This document shows, one piece after another, positions 26,348-32,000 of a stretch of 32,000 nucleotides of DNA (positions within the stretch are counted from its first letter, which is position 1; each line of letters starts with the position of its first letter). The DNA comes from Opitutia bacterium KCR 482 (GTDB lineage: Bacteria; Verrucomicrobiota; Verrucomicrobiia; Opitutales; Intestinicryptomonadaceae), in the NCBI GenBank assembly GCA_029269845.2, contig CP149973.1, forward strand, positions 870,001-902,000, in the 5' to 3' direction. The notes under the pieces are model-generated. The model was given only the letters and a program-made list of their open reading frames with translations, was not told the origin of the DNA and searched no databases. Position numbers and translations under genes: made by a program.

Positions 26348-27088
26348 TTAGTCTACGAGCGAACCGTCGAGGTCTTCGTTGGAGTAGACATTCTGCACGT
26401 CTTCCAAGTCGTCGAGAGCGTCGGTAAGCTTTACGATTTTCTTTGCGAGTTCGGGGTCGGTAATGACGGTTTCCGAATTCGGAATCCATGCGATTTCCGA
26501 GTCTTCCGTTTCGATGCCCGCCTTTTCGAGAGCTTCGCCGACCGCGTTGAACGCGGAAATAGGGCACAGGATTTCGAAATAGTCGCCGTTATTGCGGATA
26601 TCCTCCGCGCCTGCGTCGAGAACTACGTCCATGAGGGCGTCTTCCGTCGTCTTTTCGGTGCTGACGATAAACTGTCCCTGTTTTGTGAAGTTGAATTGGA
26701 GCGCGCCGGGGGTCGCGAGGTTGCCGCCGTTCTTTGTGAACGTGCTGCGGACATCGCTTGCCGCGCGGTTCTTGTTGTCGGTGGTAACTTCGACGATAAT
26801 GCCGATACCGCCGGGGCCGTAGCCTTCGTAAATAAGCTGTTCGTAAACGACGCCGGGGAGTTCCCCCGTACCCTTTTTGATTGCCCTATCGACGTTGTCG
26901 GCGGGCATATTGGCAGCTTTCGCCTTCTGCAAAAGCATGCGCAAACGCGCGTTTGTTGTGGGGTCTCCGCCGCCGTCTTTCGCCGCGAGGGTCAAATCCT
27001 TACTCAGAGAGCTGAAAATTTTGCCTCTTTTTGCGTCTACGGCTGCCTTGTGTCTTTTAGTTGTTGCCCATTTACTATGACCGGACAT
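26348..27088 (-). CDS. yebC: YebC/PmpR-family DNA-binding transcriptional regulator
   Basis: 246 aa. The diagnostic N-terminus MSGHSKWATTKRHKAAVDAKRGKIFS and full-length family resemblance. Confidence 0.95.
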   Translation of the reverse strand: MSGHSKWATTKRHKAAVDAKRGKIFSSLSKDLTLAAKDGGGDPTTNARLRMLLQKAKAANMPADNVDRAIKKGTGELPGVVYEQLIYEGYGPGGIGIIVEVTTDNKNRAASDVRSTFTKNGGNLATPGALQFNFTKQGQFIVSTEKTTEDALMDVVLDAGAEDIRNNGDYFEILCPISAFNAVGEALEKAGIETEDSEIAWIPNSETVITDPELAKKIVKLTDALDDLEDVQNVYSNEDLDGSLVD

Positions 27089-27186
27089 TTGTTTTTCTCC
27101 TGTTATTTTAGAGTGTTGATTTTATCACATTTCTACTCTTGAAAAGTAAAATTAAGCCCTATGGCCCGCCCCTTTTCAAGCATTTT

Positions 27187-29145
27187 TTATCGCTTCTTGG
27201 GAGTCGAGCGACCGCCGGGGTTCTTTTTGCGCTTTTCGTAAAGAGTCCCTTTAAGCCTGTCTTCCTTTATCTTTTCCTTCGCTTTGCGCGCGTCCTCCGC
27301 GGCTATGCGCAGACGCTCTTTGAGGGGAAGTTTTGCGAATTCGTCGCCGCGCTTTTCCTGCATCGCCTGCGCCTGTTCCATCGCCGCCTGCATTTTCTGC
27401 ATGAACGACGGCTTTGTGCGCTTTTTCAGCACGACCTTGTCTTTGCCCATGCGGATTATCAGCGCCTGCAAAATTCCCAGCAAGCTCTGCACAAGCCAGT
27501 ACAGCACCAAGCCCGACGGGAACGTGTAGAAGAACACGAGCATGATGACGGGCATGAGCTTGAACATCATCGCCTGCGTTTTGTCCGCCGACGGCGACGG
27601 GTTCAGGTGCATTTGCACGAATGTAACCGCCGCGTTCAGCAGGGGCAGAACGTGCAGGGGCACTCCGAATATGCTCGGCAGGCTTTCGATTGTGTCGGGC
27701 AGGGACAAGTCCTTAACCCACATGAAGTGAGCAAAGCGGATTTCGCACGAAGTTTGGAGCATGTAGTACAGCCCGATGAAAATCGGAATCTGTATAAGCA
27801 CGGGCAGGCAGCCCGCCAGCGGATTTATGCCGTACTCGGAGTAGATTTTCATCGTCTCCTGCTGCACGCGCTTCGGGTCGTCCTTATACTTCGCCTTGAT
27901 TTCGCGAATCGGCTCCTGCATTTTCGCCATGCGCTGCGCCGACTTTATCTGTATCGACGTAAGCGGCCAGAGAAGCAGTCTTACGATAAGCGTCAAAATG
28001 ATGATTGACCAGCCCCAGCTCCACGACGGCGAGATTACCTCAATCCCCGAATTAATCCAGACCAGCAGCCTCGAAAGCGGGCGGCTGACGAAGCCGAACC
28101 AGCCGTAGTTCATCACCGCTTCCTGCCCCGCGCCCAGCGACGCAAGCGCGTCAAGCTCTTTCGGCCCGACGTAGTACGTCCCCGAAAGCTCCCAGCTCTT
28201 GCCCGAGGCAATCGCGCCCGTGTGGAAGCCCATGAAGCCCGCGACCGAGTTTTTCATATACTTGTTGTCGGTCTTGAAGCCCGTTTTCAGCGGAATTGCA
28301 AAGCCGATGTCGGAAACCGCGTTTTCGGGCGTGAACACCGCCGCAAAAAACTGGTTCTTCACCGAGCCCCAGACGGAATCGGGCACGTTGATTTTTTCGA
28401 AAATCTTCGCCTGCGACGCCCCGATTCCCAAAAATCCGGAGCTTTCCGTAAACGCGCTCGACCTCGCGAAGTGCGCGCTTCCGTTATACAGCAAAAACGC
28501 GAGGTTCGAACCGTACACGTCGCTCGCCGTCGGCGGAACCGCGCCCAAGCAAACGTAGACTTCCTCCAACGGAAGCGGCGCGGCGGACAGATTTTCGACC
28601 GACGTTTTCGCAAAAACCGTATATTTTGTATAGTCGGCCTTGCCGCTTTTTATCAGCGCGTATGTGCGCGAAATTTTCATTTTCCCCTTTTCGACGTACT
28701 CGTACGAAACGGTGTCCGCCGACTTCGCGGCGAGCGCAAACGTCTTCAAAAACGGCGCGGGAAGCTCGCTCGACGGGTCGAAAAACGCAAGGCTCATCGC
28801 GGGAATCGCGCCCTTGACTTCGTTGAACGCAAACGGCTTGTCCGAATCCTGACTTTCGGCGTATTTCAGAACCTCGACGTTGGCGATCGCCCCGCCCCTG
28901 TTCGTGAAGTTTATTGAAAGGTTCTCGTTTTTTAGCGAGCAAAACTCCTCTTTCGCCGCGTCCGCCGACTGCTTCGCCGCAATCTCGAACTTCGACTCCG
29001 CCGACTTCGGCGCAACCGCGTCAACCGTCCGCACGACCTCCGCGCGGCGCGCGCGCGCCGCCGCATCCTTCTTCGTGGAGTCGTACATAAAATAGAATGC
29101 CGCAACTATCAGCAGCACCCCGATGATTGTGTTTTTCTTATCCAT
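27187..29145 (-). CDS. yidC: Membrane protein insertase YidC
   Basis: An N-terminal TM helix, a large periplasmic domain and the conserved 5-TM core (GWSIIILTLIVRLLLWPL, NPLAGCLPVLIQIPIFIGLY, LVLYWLVQSLL), plus an 84-aa basic C-terminal tail. It lies downstream of rpmH-rnpA-yidD. Confidence 0.95.
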   Translation of the reverse strand: MDKKNTIIGVLLIVAAFYFMYDSTKKDAAARARRAEVVRTVDAVAPKSAESKFEIAAKQSADAAKEEFCSLKNENLSINFTNRGGAIANVEVLKYAESQDSDKPFAFNEVKGAIPAMSLAFFDPSSELPAPFLKTFALAAKSADTVSYEYVEKGKMKISRTYALIKSGKADYTKYTVFAKTSVENLSAAPLPLEEVYVCLGAVPPTASDVYGSNLAFLLYNGSAHFARSSAFTESSGFLGIGASQAKIFEKINVPDSVWGSVKNQFFAAVFTPENAVSDIGFAIPLKTGFKTDNKYMKNSVAGFMGFHTGAIASGKSWELSGTYYVGPKELDALASLGAGQEAVMNYGWFGFVSRPLSRLLVWINSGIEVISPSWSWGWSIIILTLIVRLLLWPLTSIQIKSAQRMAKMQEPIREIKAKYKDDPKRVQQETMKIYSEYGINPLAGCLPVLIQIPIFIGLYYMLQTSCEIRFAHFMWVKDLSLPDTIESLPSIFGVPLHVLPLLNAAVTFVQMHLNPSPSADKTQAMMFKLMPVIMLVFFYTFPSGLVLYWLVQSLLGILQALIIRMGKDKVVLKKRTKPSFMQKMQAAMEQAQAMQEKRGDEFAKLPLKERLRIAAEDARKAKEKIKEDRLKGTLYEKRKKNPGGRSTPKKR

Positions 29146-29169
29146 CGTTATAAAAAAAAGAAAGACAAA

Positions 29170-29493
29170 TTAATTACCGTCCGAATTGCATTCGTCAACT
29201 TTGTTTTGCGAAAATAGTTTCCGCCACGAAAAATTTTTCGGAACGTAGTCGAAGCCGCCCTCGCTATACGGGTTGCACCTGAGTATCCTGCACGCGCCCA
29301 TCAGAATTCCCTTCAACGCGCCGTGCCGCGAAATCGCAATCAGCGTGTACTCCGAGCATGTCGGGTAAAATCGGCAGCCGCTGTTCGGCAGCAGATGTAT
29401 CACGGGGGAAATCGCCAGCTGGTAGAATCTGACGGCAAGCCAGCTCGGCGCGGACAACAGCCCGCGCGGCATTTTCCTACTCTTTTTTTGCAT
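29170..29493 (-). CDS. yidD: Membrane protein insertion efficiency factor YidD
   Basis: YidD signature [10 protein letters not shown]...[36 protein letters not shown]. The start is ambiguous: ATG 29493 overlaps rnpA by 17 nt, while ATG 29472 lies just after the rnpA stop. Confidence 0.88.
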   Translation of the reverse strand: MQKKSRKMPRGLLSAPSWLAVRFYQLAISPVIHLLPNSGCRFYPTCSEYTLIAISRHGALKGILMGACRILRCNPYSEGGFDYVPKNFSWRKLFSQNKVDECNSDGN

Positions 29494-29830
29494 TCGCGAT
29501 TACCGTTTCCGCCGCCCGACGGAATTTTTCGCGCAGCTTTGCGTACTCGAACTTCGCGTACCCGCGCCTCACAAACACCAAAATATCGCACGGCACGGCG
29601 AAATCGGGCGCGCATTCGCGGAATATCGCCCGAAACCTCCTTCGCGCCGTGTTGCGCTCAACCGCGCAGCCGACCTTTTTGCTCGTCACCAAACCCAGCC
29701 GCGACGCCGAATTTTCGGGCCGCGGCAGACAATAAAAAACGAAGGCGGAACAATCCGCCTTCTTCGACTTTTGTTTTAAAAAAGCAAAATCGTTCGCGAG
29801 CCGTACCCTGTTTTCTCTTCCAAAACGCAC
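29477..29830 (-). CDS. rnpA: Ribonuclease P protein component
   Basis: 117 aa, basic, GTG start. Contains an RNR-like motif ([17 protein letters not shown]). Its position between rpmH and yidD is canonical. Confidence 0.85.
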   Translation of the reverse strand: MRFGRENRVRLANDFAFLKQKSKKADCSAFVFYCLPRPENSASRLGLVTSKKVGCAVERNTARRRFRAIFRECAPDFAVPCDILVFVRRGYAKFEYAKLREKFRRAAETVIANAKKE

Positions 29831-29843
29831 GACCGCTTACCGA

Positions 29844-29981
29844 CTATTTCGTAACCAAACGCTTGCGACCCTTTTGACGGCGTGCCGCAATGACGGCCTT
29901 GCCGCCGCGCGTTTTATTTCTTGCACGCCAGCCGCAACGACGGGCGCGTTTCAACTTCGAAGGTCTATATGTAGGATTCAT
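29844..29981 (-). CDS. rpmH: 50S ribosomal protein L34
   Basis: Not in the ORF track (45 aa). Sequence read from the minus strand: [45 protein letters not shown], which fits the L34 pattern (TYQPSxxKRxRxHGFRxR...GRxVLxxRRxKGRKxL). Confidence 0.93.
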   Translation of the reverse strand: MNPTYRPSKLKRARRCGWRARNKTRGGKAVIAARRQKGRKRLVTK

Positions 29982-30042
29982 CTTTTGTCTCTTGTAAAAT
30001 TATTAAAGATTCTTCATGAAATCACACCTCAACCCTTTGTCA

Positions 30043-30068
30043 ACAAAAAAATAAGGCTAGAGCCTTAA
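30043..30068 (-). terminator. Hairpin plus U-run immediately upstream of rpmH
   Basis: On the minus strand, TAAGGC (30052-30057) / GCCTTA (30062-30067) with a 4-nt loop is followed by U7 (plus-strand A-run 30045-30051). A TTGACA hexamer (rc of 30038-30043) comes next. Confidence 0.45.
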
Positions 30069-30347
30069 CGCCGCAGATGGGGGCTACCGCCCCCATGAGG
30101 CGGATTTTGCTTTGCAAAATTTCTCCGCCTCCGCCCCCGCAGGCTGCCTGCACGGCAACAGAGGGGGCTGCCGCCCCTCTCGTCGGAGCTTCGCTCCTTT
30201 CGGTGGTTATGCGGCGCGGGTATACCCGCGCCTTTCCCCGATTAGTTCGTATTGACTTCGCCAATTACTGTCATTAGAGAATGCTTTATGTTTGCAAGAA
30301 ACAATAAAAAAATAGACGCGCTTTGCGCGGATAAAAATAAAAATCGA

Positions 30348-30661
30348 AAATCCGCAAACATGGATTCTCCGCCTACCGTTCCACCCTACTTTAATCCCAG
30401 CGCATTTTAAAAATCTTCCGCGCCGTGCGCTCACTATTTAGGCGCGTTAGAGTGCCGTTCAAACGGTGGCTTTCACGCATGCGCAGGGTGCGTGGCGTAC
30501 GCTACAATCCGCAAATATGGATTCTCCGCTTACCAATCAACTCCGCTTTTATCCCAAAGCATTTTAAAAATCTTCGTGCGCAAGCACTCACTATTTAGGC
30601 GCGTCAAAGTGCCAGTATAAGGGCGGCTTTGTGCACGGAACAGGGCGCGTAGCATACTTGG
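30348..30661. repeat. Two tandem copies of a diverged 157-bp unit
   Basis: Copy A is 30348-30504 and copy B is 30505 to about 30661. At a constant 157-bp offset the blocks are 27/29 (30348-30376 vs 30505-30533), 17/17 (30401-30417 vs 30558-30574) and 18/18 (30429-30446 vs 30586-30603) identical. The sequence between the blocks is substantially diverged. Confidence 0.85.
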
Positions 30662-30731
30662 CGTATGTAAGCGGTCTGGAACGTGCGCGAAACGCCCTTA
30701 GACTAGTGCTTTCACGCGCCGTTAAGCCCCG

Positions 30732-31403
30732 TCATCGGCGGTTGTTCGCCGCGGAGATGAGATATAGGAGCCAGCCGAGCGACGACACAAACGCCGCCAC
30801 ATACGTGAACGCCGCCGCGTCCAGAACCTCTCCCACGCCTCTGCCTTCCGCTCCGTCAACAAATCCCAAGTTGCGCAGTTGCGCCTTCGCCCTGTTCGAC
30901 GCGTCGAATTCCACCGGCAGCGTTATGAGCTGGAACAGCGTCAAAACTATGTAAATTCCGATGCCCGCGTAAATGGTAATCATGCTGTTGAACAGGAAAA
31001 ATCCGCCGAGCATTACGATTGGCAGAAGCGAGCACGCAAAATTTGTTATCGGCACAAGAGCCATGCGCAGATTGAGCGGCGCGTAGGCGCATTTATGCTG
31101 GATTGCGTGTCCCGCCTCGTGCGCGGCGACGCCGAGGGCGGCAATCGACCGCCCGCGGTAGTTTTCGGTGCTGAGGGCGAGCACTTTTTTCGTCGGGTCG
31201 TAGTGGTCGGTTAGGTGCCCCGCGATTTCGACGATTTGCACGTCGTCGATGCCCGCCGACTGCATGACGGCCGCCGCCGCGTCGCGCCCCGTCGCGCCCG
31301 AGCGCGTGGCGACGCGCGAGTATTTTTCGTATGCCGAAGACACCTTTGCCTGCGCGTACATGCCGATGATTATCGGCACTAAAATCAATACGAGAAATTC
31401 CAT
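30732..31403 (-). CDS. Membrane zinc metallopeptidase (YugP-like, 'putative neutral zinc metallopeptidase' family)
   Basis: 223 aa. HExxH motif (AAHEAGHAIQH) and several TM segments. It starts 1 nt after the folA stop. Confidence 0.88.
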   Translation of the reverse strand: MEFLVLILVPIIIGMYAQAKVSSAYEKYSRVATRSGATGRDAAAAVMQSAGIDDVQIVEIAGHLTDHYDPTKKVLALSTENYRGRSIAALGVAAHEAGHAIQHKCAYAPLNLRMALVPITNFACSLLPIVMLGGFFLFNSMITIYAGIGIYIVLTLFQLITLPVEFDASNRAKAQLRNLGFVDGAEGRGVGEVLDAAAFTYVAAFVSSLGWLLYLISAANNRR

Positions 31404-31404
31404 A

Positions 31405-31881
31405 TTACTTCCTTCTCACATATCTGACAACGTCGAACTGCGGGTGGCTCAAAATAGTTTCGGAAGCCTCGAATTTGCCGTCGAATTTCGGGAAGAACAC
31501 GTCGCCCTGCGGAGACATTTTCACGCGGCTTATGACGAGTTCGGAGCAGAAGTCGAGGGCGGTTTCGTAGAGCTTTGCGCCGCCGATAATCCAGAGCGTG
31601 CGGGGGTCGGCGGCGTAAAACCGCGCGAGTTCGTCGAGCGAGCGGAACGCGCGCGCGCCGCCCGCGATTTCTTCGGGGCGCGAGGTAATCACGACGTTCT
31701 CGCGGTTCGGGAGCGGCTTGCAGCCGAGGCTTTCCCAAGTGCGCCGCCCCATCGCGACAATTCCTCCGAGGGTCGTTTTCTTGAAGTGTTTGAAGTCTTC
31801 GGAAATGTGCCACGGAATGGAGAGTCCGCTGCCAATCACCCCGTTTTCGGCAACCGCCGCTATCGCCTTGAATTCGCTCAT
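31405..31881 (-). CDS. folA: Dihydrofolate reductase
   Basis: 158 aa. [31 protein letters not shown] and [10 protein letters not shown]...[12 protein letters not shown] are typical DHFR. The start ATG overlaps the thyA stop (ATGA). Confidence 0.95.
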   Translation of the reverse strand: MSEFKAIAAVAENGVIGSGLSIPWHISEDFKHFKKTTLGGIVAMGRRTWESLGCKPLPNRENVVITSRPEEIAGGARAFRSLDELARFYAADPRTLWIIGGAKLYETALDFCSELVISRVKMSPQGDVFFPKFDGKFEASETILSHPQFDVVRYVRRK

Positions 31882-32000
31882 ACGGCAATGGGGGCTTTGA
31901 TTGTCGGGTGCGGGTCGTAGCCTTCGAGGGTGAAGTCTTCGTATACGAATTCGTCAAGCTCGCGGCGGTCGGGGTTGAGCTTCATTTTGGGAAGCGCGCG
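31878..32000 (-). CDS. thyA: Thymidylate synthase, C-terminal fragment (5' end outside the window)
   Basis: The minus-strand frame reads ...[37 protein letters not shown], matching the conserved ThyA C-terminus (FxxxGYxxHPxIKAPVAV). Truncated by the window edge. Confidence 0.9.
   Translation of the reverse strand, partial: RALPKMKLNPDRRELDEFVYEDFTLEGYDPHPTIKAPIAV

Noticed and set aside
1676-28008. Long antisense or off-frame ORFs inside real genes, for example 1676..2731, 2016..3077, 3655..4590, 5829..6851, 6864..7766, 9845..10957, 15003..16190, 17389..18516, 20107..21435, 21457..22245, 22936..23943, 25701..26282, 26261..27142, 27139..28008
   Set aside because: Each lies opposite to or out of frame with a gene that has unambiguous family motifs. 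The products are Arg/Val/Gly-rich with no recognisable domains. Stop-codon depletion in GC-rich DNA produces such shadows.
30348-30661. Reading the tandem repeat as a CRISPR array, an iteron set or a type III toxin-antitoxin RNA repeat
   Set aside because: There are only two copies, the period is 157 bp, there is no repeat-spacer alternation and the copies are about 75% identical. No cas, rep or toxin gene is adjacent. Iterons and ToxI-type repeats are far shorter.
30040-30954. ORFs 30040..30264, 30077..30277, 30207..30434 and 30631..30954 in the rpmH upstream region
   Set aside because: Their sequences translate hairpins and palindromes (poly-Pro/Gly/Ala from GGGGG/CCCCC stems). ORF 30631..30954 runs antisense into the metallopeptidase gene. 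None has a start context.

Overview
GC-rich bacterial chromosomal window made up almost entirely of housekeeping genes. I call 26 CDS: fba, clpB, hemW-like, coaD, pgsA, pgpA, tpx, dnaE, a U32 protein, a DegT-type aminotransferase, leuC, yebC, the rpmH-rnpA-yidD-yidC block, a thyA-folA-metallopeptidase run, and several exported or uncharacterised proteins. There is also one tRNA-Lys(UUU) and an RNase P RNA (rnpB) that the ORF track hides under spurious Arg-rich ORFs. A 52-aa 'small basic protein' gene and rpmH fall below the ORF-track length cutoff and were read directly from the sequence. Three features suggest a PVC-superphylum organism (Lentisphaerota/Verrucomicrobiota/Planctomycetota-like): a PEP-CTERM-anchored beta-strand-repeat protein, the small basic protein, and a YidC with a long basic tail. 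This lineage call is inference only. I see no transposase, integrase, prophage, CRISPR array, toxin-antitoxin pair or recognisable defence system, and I will not invent one. The observations worth a second look are non-coding: (1) a dense, phased cluster of DnaA boxes next to tRNA-Lys, a candidate oriC or DnaA-control locus with no dnaA in view; (2) a 750-bp ORF-free, highly structured region upstream of rpmH, where dnaA/oriC normally sits, containing a diverged 157-bp tandem repeat with conserved blocks; (3) a TTGGCAC palindrome and repeat set upstream of clpB; (4) unusually long structured trailers between the stop codon and the intrinsic terminator of coaD, leuC and the metallopeptidase gene; (5) a small GGGGGCU-N-CCGCCCC hairpin family. 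All product calls rest on motifs recognised by eye and from memory. No database search was run.
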